Shown: piece after piece, positions 13,023 through 26,261 of the stretch
Numbering within the stretch: position 1 is the first letter of the stretch
Layout of the letters: each line of letters opens with the position of its first letter
From: Eledone cirrhosa
Lineage: Eukaryota
Direction of reading: 5' to 3'
Length of the DNA: 64,000 nucleotides
Assembly (NCBI GenBank): GCA_964016885.1
Contig: OZ024745.1
Location: forward strand, 13,020,001-13,084,000
The notes under the pieces: generated by a model
Databases searched by the model: none
Seen by the model: only the letters and a program-made list of their open reading frames with translations
Told to the model about the DNA's origin: nothing
Translations under genes and position numbers: made by a program

Positions 13023-14002
13023 CAAATTTCAATAATATTAATACACCCTAATGGGGGTTAAACTCCCTATAGTGAAAAGTTTGGCCAATAAATGGAACAA
13101 GATTTTACGAACTTATCCTCTGGTTTTGGAGATAGACCCCCATAACCATATATATTCTGAAACTACATTGCCCAGGGTACTTGTATAAGTATATTTCATT
13201 TTAATCAAAGGGTTCATCGGGGGCACAAAACCGCCGCTGATACTTTACCTTCGATTTATATGAAATTTAAACCATAGGTAAATGACAAGATATGATGCCT
13301 ATTCACATCATTTCAGCAAATTTCAATAAAATTACAATACCCTAAATCTGAGTTAAACCCTCTATTAGGGTTCACCAGAGGGCACAAAATCCCCGCTGAA
13401 AGTTTTTTCGGTTCGATTTATATGCAATTTAAACCATAGATAAATGAAGAGATATGATGCCTATTCACAAAATTTCAATACTATAAGACACCTTAATACT
13501 ATAAGACTCTATTAGGGTTCCCCGGGGGTACAAACCCCCGCTGAAAACTTCTCCCTTTCATTTTATATGAAACTTAAACCATAGGTAAATGACAAGATAT
13601 GATGCCTATTCACAAAAGTTTCAATTGATATTTTGAAAAAAATTATTTACAAGAAACAAAATAAGAATAAGATTTAATAATGCAATTTTGATTTGATATA
13701 TTACAAAAAAATGATGTTTTCCAATTTTTCATGCATTATATTTTACAGCATAGTTACGTCCCTTTACGATCTGAGTTCAAATCCCGAGGTTGACTTTATT
13801 TTATCGACCCCGTAAGGATGAAAGGCAAAGTACCAGTAATGCACTGGGTAATTGCTGGCCTTGTGCCTAAAGTAGAAACAATTATATTTTACATTGAGTA
13901 ATATTGAGTTTTTCTCCATAAATTATATCACTGATTTAAAATCAATCATTTTCTTACAAAAAAAATGAGTGAAACGCAGCAAGGCGCTGGTAATTCGGCT
14001 AG
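13022..14002 (+). mobile_element. Probable non-autonomous Helitron-like element with internal ~150-bp tandem repeats and a nested SINE
   Basis: Three AAACCATAG.TAAATGA.AAGATATGATGCCTATTCACA-type units; the 3' end has a short GC hairpin (cagc..gctg) followed by CTAG at 13999-14002 and (TA)n. Confidence 0.5.
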
Positions 14003-14044
14003 TATATATATATATGTGAGTGTGTGTATATATATGTGTGTATG

Positions 14045-14700
14045 TGTATGTAGGAGAGGTGTAGGTAGAAACTCCATCCTCCGCCACATATGCAAACTAT
14101 GGATACACAAGAGATGTAGTGGGATCTCAGGAAGTTTAGTTAAGAATGTAGGCTTTACATGTAGCAGTTGGACAAGTGACATCAAAGTCTGGGAGGACTT
14201 GGTAAAAACAATACCGAATTAGCAGCGGAGGGGGTGTTCTGAAAGGATGGGATGGAAGAAGTTGAGGGAGCTACTGCCGCAGCTGGATACAAAAGGCTTT
14301 TCCCTCAGAATAAAAGGTAGACTGTATGATGTGTGCACATGAACGGCAATGTTGCATGGTAGTGAGAGCTGGGTGCTGTGTGTAGAAGACTTGCGTAGAT
14401 TAGAAAGGAATGAAGCTTGTATGCTCCGATGGATGTGTAATAGTAATATACGCGAACAGCAAACCATAAACAAACTGTAAGAGAAACTAGGCATAAGAGG
14501 AATCAAATGTGCAGTAGAGGAGATTATGTTGGTATGGACATGTGATTCGTATGAAGGATGACAGCTACATAAAGTCCCAGAAAGACTTGAGATGAAGTGA
14601 TAAAAGCCGACCTTGCCCAATTGCATCTCTGAAAGGCAATGACACAGGACCAAGATCTCTGGCGTTATGAGGTAATACAGAAACCCCAACTTCCCACAGG
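14045..14700 (+). mobile_element. RTE LINE fragment (family of 57230-62900)
   Basis: CRRGVGRNSILRHICKLWIHKRCSGISG and downstream homology to 62100-62880. Confidence 0.85.
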
Positions 14701-14962
14701 CCAAGGCTGAAACATACATACAGTATGCACCACTCCATCCCACATGCCAATATATCTTTCATGAGAACAGGCCGAAACACTAAAGTGGTCGTGATGGTGA
14801 CACGGTAAAAAACACCCAGTCCACACTGTAAAGTAGTCGTGGAGGAATCACAACAAAAAAAACCCAGTACTCACTGTAAATGAACTTGGCATTAGGAAGG
14901 GCATCCAGCTGTAGAAACCAAGCCAAAATCAGTTCTTTATGAGCAAGACATGGTCACCTGAC

Positions 14963-15294
14963 CGCACATGGCTCAGTGGTTAGAGCATTGGGCTTGCAAT
15001 TGAAAGGTTGTGAGTTTAATTCTCGGACTGAGTGATGTGTTGTTTCCTTGAGCAAGACACTTTATTTCACATTGCTCCAGTTTACTCAGCTGTAGAAATG
15101 AGATGATAGGACTGGGGTCCCTATCATTCCACGGCAAAAAAAAAACAGCCAGCACTCACTGTAAATTAAGTTGGTGTTAGGAAGGGCATCCAGCTGTAGA
15201 AATCAAGACAAGGTCAGCCGACCGGACACTGCCCACAACAGGACAACCCATGCTAGCGTAGAAGAACTGACATAAATGATGATGATGATGATGA
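14963..15294 (+). mobile_element. tRNA-derived SINE, family B (CCTTGAGCAAGACACTT core, GAT tail)
   Basis: A-box TGGCTCAGTGG; other copies at ~15665-16005(-), 42688-42881(-), 42891-43230(+), 54165-54300(+); tail-only pieces at ~43720-43900, 54390-54850 and 62930-63195. Confidence 0.85.
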
Positions 15295-16021
15295 AATATA
15301 ATAGAGTTTTATAGCTTGCTTGAAGCATTGATGAATAGGAAACACAAATTAAAATTTTGAAAACCAAGTTGAGGGCCTTTGAACCCCAGGCTGCTCCTGA
15401 TTCTAGATGTGGAAGACGGGACCTTTGGTACCACACAGTGACGTCCTGTTCGAGAATTGGTCCAGCCCTCAATGCGAAAGTTTGGTCTTAGTCCCGGCAG
15501 GATTTTCCATATGTATATCATTGCGAAGGGTAGAGTTTCAGTTCTTTTAGCCTCTCCCAGTAGCTCATCTCCTTCATTGTGCAATCCTCTTGGTGTAGCT
15601 TCGTTGGATTTTCTCAAGTTCCGTGGTTAGTTTGATACTATGGCGTGACCACAGCTGGGAGCATTCATCATCATTTCATTTTATGTCCACTTTTTCCCTG
15701 CTTGCAAGGGTGGGACGGGAACTGATTCTGGCTTGATTTCTACAGCTGGATGCTGTTCCTAACACCAACCTCATTTACAGTGAGTGCTGGGTGCTTTTTT
15801 CCCCGTGGCAACTCCACATCCACTTTACAGTGTGGGCTGGGTACTTTTTTGTCATGGCACCTCCACGACTGCCAGTCCTATCATCTCATTTCTACAGCTG
15901 AGTAAACTGGAGCAATGTGAAATAAAGTGTCTTGCTCAAGGAAACAACACATCACCCGGTGTGAGAATTGAACTCACAACCTTTCGATTGCAAAGCCAAT
16001 GCTCTCAATATGTACACACAC

Positions 16022-16601
16022 AGTAATAATAATACATATGAAGACTAAAATCCAAAGAGGGCTCGATAGGGATAAATATATATCAAATATATAAGAACCG
16101 TAGAGCAAATATTTATTAAAATAACAGATTAAAGTTTAAGCAAAGAATCGGCTGCTTTCACCCTTAATGGGATCTTCTGAAACTAAAAAAGAAAAAAAAA
16201 AATCAATCTGTGAATGCAGAAGTAAATATTTCGAAAAACGTTGCAACCGAAAGAAGACAGGAAGGCGATACTTTGGTTCGTGGAGACGTAGTTTTAGGTA
16301 TTTCTTCTTGCTTGGTACGGGTATGTTCTTTGTAGAAATATTCAGATGTTTCTGCATTATGAATATAAGTCAATAGAGTACTCAATCAAGGGAGCCAAAT
16401 AGTAATAATAATAAATTTGAAGACATCCAAAGAGGGCTCGATAAGGATAAATATATATCAAATATATAAGAACCGTAGAGCAAATATTTATTAAAATAAC
16501 AAATTAAAGTTTAAGCAAAGAATCGGCTGCTTTCACCCTTAATGGGATCTTCTGAAACTAAAAAAAAAAAAATCAATCTGTGAACGCAGAAGTAAATATT
16601 T
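16022..16601 (-). repeat. Partial tandem repeat (~375-nt period); each copy carries a variant hammerhead
   Basis: 16022-16231 repeats at 16401-16601; hammerhead-like motifs at 16133-16184 and 16508-16559. Confidence 0.8.
16133..16184 (-). ncRNA. Type I hammerhead variant (U4A)
   Basis: agttt-CAGAAGA-tccc attaa gggt-GAAA-gca..tgc-TT-aaact; all three stems pair; identical copy at 16508-16559. Confidence 0.6.
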
Positions 16602-16729
16602 CTAAGCCGAGCTTTCCCAATTGCACCTCTCAAGGGCAATGACACACGACCATGACCTCTGGCGTCACACAGAAAACCCGACTTTCCACAGGAACATATA
16701 GACAATTTTTGTTTTCCTTTGTTGTTTTT

Positions 16730-19700
16730 ATGTCCTATCAACTAATCCGACCTCCAAAATGCTTGCAATTGACTATTATTTTAGCATATTAACAACAAAT
16801 ATGATTTCCACTGCAATTAAAAATGACTAGCTTTGTGAATGGTTTTTCCACCCACTTTCTGCCTTCATTTTTCTACAAAGCTAATCATTGACGATAGGTT
16901 TCAAAGTTATATTCATTCATAATATGTGAAAAAAATAGTCAACTGTGAGCATTGGTGTGATGAAAATGGTAGGAGTAGGTGTTCTGTAATAAATTTACCA
17001 TATAGTGAAGTATGGGGTAGATTAATGTACTGTGGTGTGCTTTGTTATAAGTGAGGATTTAAATTTCCACTTTGATTTATGTTAGAAAAAAAATTTTTCA
17101 TTCATTTTTGCATGCGTTATCAACTTCCAAGAAGCTCGCAGTGGACTATGCTTTTAGCATATTAACAAAAAATATGACTTCCGCTGCAATAAAAAATGAC
17201 TAGCTTTGTAAATGGTATTTCGTCCCACATCCTCCCTCCTTTTTTTACAAAGCTAGTCATTTTCATCAGGTTTCAATGTCATAACCATTGATAATATGTG
17301 CATAAAATAGTAATTTGCGAGCACCTTTTATGTCAAATTGGGTGGTAAGCACAAAAAAAAAAAAAAAAAATGCCAGATGAAAATTTGTCACACCAAAATC
17401 AATATCTTGGTGTGATTTGGTGAAGTTTCTACAAAGATAGTCATTTTCGACAGGTTTCCATGTCATATTTATTGATAAGTGGAAAAAAAAATAGTCAATT
17501 GGGAGCACCTTTAATGTCAGATTGGGTGGTAAGCACACACAAAAAAAAAAAAAAGGAAATGGGAAGAAAATTTTTCACACCAAGATCAATAGCTTGGTGT
17601 GATGTAGTATGGTGTAACTTGGTATGGTGTGGTTTGGTTTGGTGAAGTTATGAAATGGAAACCAATTGTAAACGATAGATTCCCATGTTATATTCATTGA
17701 TAATGTGTGGGAAAATAGTCATTTGCAAGCACCTTTGATGTTAGTTTGAGGTGGTAACCACAAAAAAAAAAAAAAATGCAAGTAGCAAATTTATCACATT
17801 AATGTCCAAGTGATGTAAATGATAGGAGTATGTGTTCTGTAATAAATTACCATATAGTGAAGTATGGTTATGGTGTGGATTGAGGTAGATTAATGTGCTG
17901 TGGTGTGCTTTGTTATAAGTGAGGATTTAAATTTCCACTTTGATTTATGTTAGAAAAAAAATTTTTCATTCATTTTTGCACGTGTTATCAACTTCCAAGA
18001 AGCTCGCAGTGAACTATGCTTTTAGCATATTAACAAAAAATATGACTTCCGCTGCAATAAAAAATGACTAGCTTTGTAAATGGTATTTCCACCCACATCC
18101 TCCCTCTTTTTTCTACAAAGCTAGTCATTTTCATCAGGTTTCCATGTCATAACCATTGATAATATGTGCATAAAATAGTAATTTGCGAGCATCTTTTATG
18201 TCAAATTGGGCGGTAAACACAAAAAAAAAAAAAAAAAAAAAAATGCCAGATGAAAATTTGTCACACCAAAATCAATATCTTGGTGTGATTTGGTGAAGTT
18301 TCTACAAAGATAGTCATTTTCGACAGGTTTCCATGTCATATTTATTGATAAGTGGAAAAAAAAATAGTCAATTGGGTGGTAAGCACACACACAAAAAAAA
18401 AAAAGGAAATGGGAAGAAAATTTTTCACACCAAGATCAATATCTTGGTGTGATTTGGTGAAGTTTCTACAAAGATAGTCATTTTCGACAGGTTTCCATGT
18501 CATATTTATTGATAAGTGGAAAAAAAAATAGTCAATTGGGAGGTAAGCACACACAAAAAAAAAAAAAGGAAACAGGAAAAAAATTTTTCACACCAAGATC
18601 AATAGCTTGGTGTGATGTAGTATGGTGTAACTTGGTATGGTGTGGTTTGGTTTGGTGAAGTTATGAAATGGAAACCAATTGTAAACGATAGATTCCCATG
18701 TCATATTCATTGATAATGTGTGGGAAAATAGTCATTTGCAAGCACCTTTGATGTTAGTTTGAGGTGGTAACCACAAAAAAAAAAAAAATGCAAGTAGCAA
18801 ATTTGTCACATTAATGTCCAAGTGATGTAAATGATAGGAGTATGTGTTCTGTAATAAATTACCATATAGTGAAGTATGGTTATGGTGTGGATTGAGGTAG
18901 ATTAATGTGCTGTGGTGTGCTTTGTTATAAGTGAGGATTTAAATTTCCACTTTGATTTATGTTAGAAAAAAAATTTTTCATTCATTTTTGCACGTGTTAT
19001 CAACTTCCAAGAAGCTCGCAGTGAACTATGCTTTTAGCATATTAACAAAAAATATGACTTCCGCTGCAATAAAAAATGACTAGCTTTGTAAATGGTATTT
19101 CCACCCACATCCTCCCTCTTTTTTCTACAAAGCTAGTCATTTTCATCAGGTTTCCATGTCATAGCCATTGATAATATGTGCATAAAATAGTAATTTGCGA
19201 GCACCTTTTATGTCAAATTGGGTGGTAAGCACAAAAAAAAAAAAAAAAAATGCCAGATGAAAATTTGTCACACCTAAATCAATATCTTGGTGTGATGTAG
19301 TATGGTGTGGTTTGGTGAAGTTTCTACAGGTTTCATTGTCATATTTATTGATAAGTGGAAAAAAAAATAGTCAATTGGGAGCACCTTTAATGTCAGATTG
19401 GGTGGTAAGCACACACACAAAAAAAAAAAAAGGAAATGGGAAGAAAATTTTTCACACCAAGATCAATAGCTTGGTGTGATGTAGTATGGTGAAGTTTCTA
19501 CAAAGATAGTCATTTTCGACAGGTTTCCATGTCATATTTATTGATAAGTGGAAAAAAAAATAGTCAATTGGGAGGTAAGCACACACAAAAAAAAAAAAAG
19601 GAAGTGGTAAGAAAATTTTTCACACCAAGATCAATAGCTTGGTGTGATGTAGTATGGTGTAACTTGGTATGGTGTGGTTTGGTTTGGTGAAATTATGAAA

Positions 19701-22700
19701 TGGAAACCAATTGTAAACGATAGATTCCCATGTCATATTCATTGATAATGTGTGGGAAAATAGTCATTTGCAAGCACCTTTGATGTTAGTTTGAGGTGGT
19801 AACCACAAAAAAAAAAAAAAATGCAAGTAGCAAATTTGTCACAATGTCCAAGTGGTGTAAATGATAGGAGTATGTGTTCTGTAATAAATTACCATATAGT
19901 GAAGTATGGTTATGGTGTGGATTGAGGTAGATTAATGTGCTGTGGTGTGCTTTGTTATAAGTGAGGATTTAAATTTCCACTTTGATTTATGTTAGAAAAA
20001 AAATTTTTCATTCATTTTTGCACGTGTTATCAACTTCCAAGAAGCTCGCAGTGAACTATGCTTTTAGCATATTAACAAAAAATATGACTTCCGCTGCAAT
20101 AAAAAATGACTAGCTTTGTAAATGGTATTTCCACCCACATCCTCCCTCTTTTTTCTACAAAGCTAGTCATTTTCATCAGTTTTCCCTGTCATAACCATTG
20201 ATAATATGTGCATAAAATAGTAATTTGCGAGCATCTTTTATGCCAAATTGGGTGGTAAACACAAAAAAAAAAAAAAAAAATGCCAGATGAAAATTTGTCA
20301 CACCAAAATCAATATCTTGGTGTGATTTGGTGAAGTTTCTACAAAGATAGTCATTTTCGACAGGTTTCCATGTCATATTTATTGATGAGTGGAAAAAAAA
20401 ATAGTCAATTGGGAGGTAAGCACACACAAAAAAAAAAAAAGGAAATGGGAAGAAAATTTTTCACACCAAGATCAATAGCTTGGTGTGATGTAGTATGGTG
20501 TAACTTGGTATGGTGTGGTTTGGTTTGGTGAAGTTATGAAATGGAAACCAATTGTAAACGATAGATTCCCATGTCATATTCATTGATAATGTGTGGGAAA
20601 ATAGTCATTTGCAAGCACCTTTGATGTTAGTTTGAGGTGGTAACCACAAAAAAAAAAAAAATGCAAGTAGTAAATTTATCACATTAATGTCCAAGTGATG
20701 TAAATGATAGGAGTATGTGTTCTGTAATAAATTACCATATAGTGAAGTATGGTTATGGTGTGGATTGAGGTAGATTAATGTGCTGTGGTGTGCTTTGTTA
20801 TAAGTGAGGATTTAAATTTCCACTTTGATTTATGTTAGAAAAAAAATTTTTCATTCATTTTTGCACGTGTTATCAACTTCCAAGAAGCTCGCAGTGAACT
20901 ATGCTTTTAGCATATTAACAAAAAATATGACTTCCGCTGCAATAAAAAATGACTAGCTTTGTAAATGGTATTTCCACCCACATCCTCCCTCTTTTTTCTA
21001 CAAAGCTAGTCATTTTCATCAGTTTTCCCTGTCATAACCATTGATAATATGTGCATAAAATAGTAATTTGCGAGCATCTTTTATGCCAAATTGGGTGGTA
21101 AACACAAAAAAAAAAAAAAAAAATGCCAGATGAAAATTTGTCACACCAAAATCAATATCTTGGTGTGATTTGGTGAAGTTTCTACAAAGATAGTCATTTT
21201 CGACAGGTTTCCATGTCATATTTATTGATAAGTGGAAAAAAAAATAGTCAATTGGGAGGTAAGCACACACAAAAAAAAAAAAAGGAAATGGGAAGAAAAT
21301 TTTTCACACCAAGATCAATAGCTTGGTGTGATGTAGTATGGTGTAACTTGGTATGGTGTGGTTTGGTTTGGTGAAGTTATGAAATGGAAACCAATTGTAA
21401 ACGATAGATTCCCATGTCATATTCATTGATAATGTGTGGGAAAATAGTCATTTGCAAGCACCTTTGATGTTAGTTTGAGGTGGTAACCACAAAAAAAAAA
21501 AAAATGCAAGTAGTAAATTTATCACATTAATGTCCAAGTGATGTAAATGATAGGAGTATGTGTTCTGTAATAAATTACCATATAGTGAAGTATGGTTATG
21601 GTGTGGATTGAGGTAGATTAATGTGCTGTGGTGTGCTTTGTTATAAGTGAGGATTTAAATTTCCACTTTGATTTATGTTAGAAAAAAAATTTTTCATTCA
21701 TTTTTGCACGTGTTATCAACTTCCAAGAAGCTCGCAGTGAACTATGCTTTTAGCATATTAACAAAAAATATGACTTCCGCTGCAATAAAAAATGACTAGC
21801 TTTGTAAATGGTATTTCCACCCACATCCTCCCTCTTTTTTCTACAAAGCTAGTCATTTTCATCAGGTTTCCATGTCATAGCCATTGATAATATGTGCATA
21901 AAATAGTAATTTGCGAGCACCTTTTATGTCAAATTGGGTGGTAAGCACAAAAAAAAAAAAAAAAAATGCCAGATGAAAATTTGTCACACCTAAATCAATA
22001 TCTTGGTGTGATGTAGTATGGTGTGGTTTGGTGAAGTTTCTACAGGTTTCATTGTCATATTTATTGATAAGTGGAAAAAAAAATAGTCAATTGGGAGCAC
22101 CTTTAATGTCAGATTGGGTGGTAAGCACACACACAAAAAAAAAAAAAGGAAATGGGAAGAAAATTTTTCACACCAAGATCAATAGCTTGGTGTGATGTAG
22201 TATGGTGAAGTTTCTACAAAGATAGTCATTTTCGACAGGTTTCCATGTCATATTTATTGATAAGTGGAAAAAAAAATAGTCAATTGGGAGGTAAGCACAC
22301 ACAAAAAAAAAAAAAGGAAGTGGTAAGAAAATTTTTCACACCAAGATCAATAGCTTGGTGTGATGTAGTATGGTGTAACTTGGTATGGTGTGGTTTGGTT
22401 TGGTGAAGTTATGAAATGGAAACCAATTGTAAACGATAGATTCCCATGTCATATTCATTGATAATGTGTGGGAAAATAGTCATTTGCAAGCACCTTTGAT
22501 GTTAGTTTGAGGTGGTAACCACAAAAAAAAAAAAAATGCAAGTAGTAAATTTATCACATTAATGTCCAAGTGATGTAAATGATAGGAGTATGTGTTCTGT
22601 AATAAATTACCATATAGTGAAGTATGGTTATGGTGTGGATTGAGGTAGATTAATGTGCTGTGGTGTGCTTTGTTATAAGTGAGGATTTAAATTTCCACTT

Positions 22701-25700
22701 TGATTTATGTTAGAAAAAAAATTTTTCATTCATTTTTGCACGTGTTATCAACTTCCAAGAAGCTCGCAGTGAACTATGCTTTTAGCATATTAACAAAAAA
22801 TATGACTTCCGCTGCAATAAAAAATGACTAGCTTTGTAAATGGTATTTCCACCCACATCCTCCCTCTTTTTTCTACAAAGCTAGTCATTTTCATCAGTTT
22901 TCCCTGTCATAACCATTGATAATATGTGCATAAAATAGTAATTTGCGAGCATCTTTTATGCCAAATTGGGTGGTAAACACAAAAAAAAAAAAAAAAAATG
23001 CCAGATGAAAATTTGTCACACCAAAATCAATATCTTGGTGTGATTTGGTGAAGTTTCTACAAAGATAGTCATTTTCGACAGGTTTCCATGTCATATTTAT
23101 TGATAAGTGGAAAAAAAAATAGTCAATTGGGAGGTAAGCACACACAAAAAAAAAAAAAGGAAATGGGAAGAAAATTTTTCACACCAAGATCAATAGCTTG
23201 GTGTGATGTAGTATGGTGTAACTTGGTATGGTGTGGTTTGGTTTGGTGAAGTTATGAAATGGAAACCAATTGTAAACGATAGATTCCCATGTCATATTCA
23301 TTGATAATGTGTGGGAAAATAGTCATTTGCAAGCACCTTTGATGTTAGTTTGAGGTGGTAACCACAAAAAAAAAAAAAATGCAAGTAGTAAATTTATCAC
23401 ATTAATGTCCAAGTGATGTAAATGATAGGAGTATGTGTTCTGTAATAAATTACCATATAGTGAAGTATGGTTATGGTGTGGATTGAGGTAGATTAATGTG
23501 CTGTGGTGTGCTTTGTTATAAGTGAGGATTTAAATTTCCACTTTGATTTATGTTAGAAAAAAAATTTTTCATTCATTTTTGCACGTGTTATCAACTTCCA
23601 AGAAGCTCGCAGTGAACTATGCTTTTAGCATATTAACAAAAAATATGACTTCCGCTGCAATAAAAAATGACTAGCTTTGTAAATGGTATTTCCACCCACA
23701 TCCTCCCTCTTTTTTCTACAAAGCTAGTCATTTTCATCAGGTTTCCATGTCATAGCCATTGATAATATGTGCATAAAATAGTAATTTGCGAGCACCTTTT
23801 ATGTCAAATTGGGTGGTAAGCACAAAAAAAAAAAAAAAAAATGCCAGATGAAAATTTGTCACACCTAAATCAATATCTTGGTGTGATGTAGTATGGTGTG
23901 GTTTGGTGAAGTTTCTACAGGTTTCATTGTCATATTTATTGATAAGTGGAAAAAAAAATAGTCAATTGGGAGCACCTTTAATGTCAGATTGGGTGGTAAG
24001 CACACACACAAAAAAAAAAAAAGGAAATGGGAAGAAAATTTTTCACACCAAGATCAATAGCTTGGTGTGATGTAGTATGGTGAAGTTTCTACAAAGATAG
24101 TCATTTTCGACAGGTTTCCATGTCATATTTATTGATAAGTGGAAAAAAAAATAGTCAATTGGGAGGTAAGCACACACAAAAAAAAAAAAAGGAAGTGGTA
24201 AGAAAATTTTTCACACCAAGATCAATAGCTTGGTGTGATGTAGTATGGTGTAACTTGGTATGGTGTGGTTTGGTTTGGTGAAATTATGAAATGGAAACCA
24301 ATTGTAAACGATAGATTCCCATGTCATATTCATTGATAATGTGTGGGAAAATAGTCATTTGCAAGCACCTTTGATGTTAGTTTGAGGTGGTAACCACAAA
24401 AAAAAAAAAAAATGCAAGTAGCAAATTTGTCACAATGTCCAAGTGGTGTAAATGATAGGAGTATGTGTTCTGTAATAAATTACCATATAGTGAAGTATGG
24501 TTATGGTGTGGATTGAGGTAGATTAATGTGCTGTGGTGTGCTTTGTTATAAGTGAGGATTTAAATTTCCACTTTGATTTATGTTAGAAAAAAAATTTTTC
24601 ATTCATTTTTGCACGTGTTATCAACTTCCAAGAAGCTCGCAGTGAACTATGCTTTTAGCATATTAACAAAAAATATGACTTCCGCTGCAATAAAAAATGA
24701 CTAGCTTTGTAAATGGTATTTCCACCCACATCCTCCCTCTTTTTTCTACAAAGCTAGTCATTTTCATCAGTTTTCCCTGTCATAACCATTGATAATATGT
24801 GCATAAAATAGTAATTTGCGAGCATCTTTTATGCCAAATTGGGTGGTAAACACAAAAAAAAAAAAAAAAAATGCCAGATGAAAATTTGTCACACCAAAAT
24901 CAATATCTTGGTGTGATTTGGTGAAGTTTCTACAAAGATAGTCATTTTCGACAGGTTTCCATGTCATATTTATTGATAAGTGGAAAAAAAAATAGTCAAT
25001 TGGGAGGTAAGCACACACAAAAAAAAAAAAAGGAAATGGGAAGAAAATTTTTCACACCAAGATCAATAGCTTGGTGTGATGTAGTATGGTGTAACTTGGT
25101 ATGGTGTGGTTTGGTTTGGTGAAGTTATGAAATGGAAACCAATTGTAAACGATAGATTCCCATGTCATATTCATTGATAATGTGTGGGAAAATAGTCATT
25201 TGCAAGCACCTTTGATGTTAGTTTGAGGTGGTAACCACAAAAAAAAAAAAAAATGCAAGTAGCAAATTTGTCACGTTAATGTCCAAGTGGTGTAAATGAT
25301 AGGAGTATGTGTTCTGTAATAAATTACCATATAGTGAAGTATGGTTATGGTGAAGTATATGGTGTGGATTGAGGTAGATTAATGTGCTCTGTTATAAGTG
25401 AGGATTTAAATTTCCACTTCTATTTATGTTAGAAAAAAAATTTTTCATTCATTTTTGCATGTGTTATCAACTTCCAAGAAGCCCGCAGTGGACTATGCTC
25501 TTAGCATATTAACAAAATTATGACTTCCGCTGCAATAAAAAATGACTAGCTTTGTAAATGGTATTTCCACCCACATCCTCCCTCTTTTTTCTACAAAGCT
25601 AGTCATTTTTGACAGTTTTCCATGTCATAATTATTGATAATATGTGCAAAAAATAGTCAATTGCAGCACCTTTGATTGTCAGATTGGGTGGTAAGAGCAC

Positions 25701-26170
25701 ACACAAAAGAAAAAAAAGAAACAGGAAGAAAATTTTTCACACTGAGATCAAAAGCATGGTGTGGTGTAGAATGGTGCAGTTTGTTTTGGTGTGGTTTGGA
25801 TTGTTATAGTTATGACATGGGAACCTATTGCAAATGATAGGTTTCCATGTTATATACATTGATAATGTGTAAAAAAATAATCATTTGTGAGCACCTTTGA
25901 TATCAGATTGGGTGGTAAGCACACACACACACAGAAAAAAAAAAAACAGGAAGAAAAATGTTCTCACTGAGATTAATAGCATGGTGTGATGTAGTATGGT
26001 GTAGTTTGTTATGGTGAGGTTTGGTGTAGTTTGGTTTGGTGTAGTTTGGTTTGGTGTAGTTTGGTGTAGTTATAACATGGAAGCCTATCATAAATTTACC
26101 AAGGTATGGTATAATCTGGTTTGGTGTAGTGTAGGTTAGTGTAGTGTGGTGTGTTATTGTGTTGCATTGC
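16730..26170. repeat. Higher-order tandem array (843-bp and ~1030-bp units, ~1874-bp superunit) derived from a foldback element
   Basis: Anchor GTGAGGATTTAAATTTCCAC occurs at 17051, 17919, 18931, 19961, 20804, 21647, 22679, 23522, 24552 and 25398; each unit contains a degenerate palindrome. Confidence 0.95.
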
Positions 26171-26261
26171 ATCATATAGCGTGTTTCTCTTTAAATTAAA
26201 ATCATTAAAATGTAATGCCTATCTTCTATATCTTAAAGAGTGAGCTTAAATGTGATTGCAA

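Noticed and set aside
14963-15035. tRNA genes
   Set aside because: The A/B boxes belong to SINE heads; no complete cloverleaf, and SINE bodies follow.
17255-24775. CTGATGA on the minus strand of most large satellite units
   Set aside because: It abuts the palindrome stem, does not give hammerhead topology, and homologous subunits read TCGACAG instead.
17266-25018. Repeated 64-90 aa ORFs (MCAYLPIDYFFF...)
   Set aside because: By-products of the tandem repeat that run through poly-T tracts; no domain.
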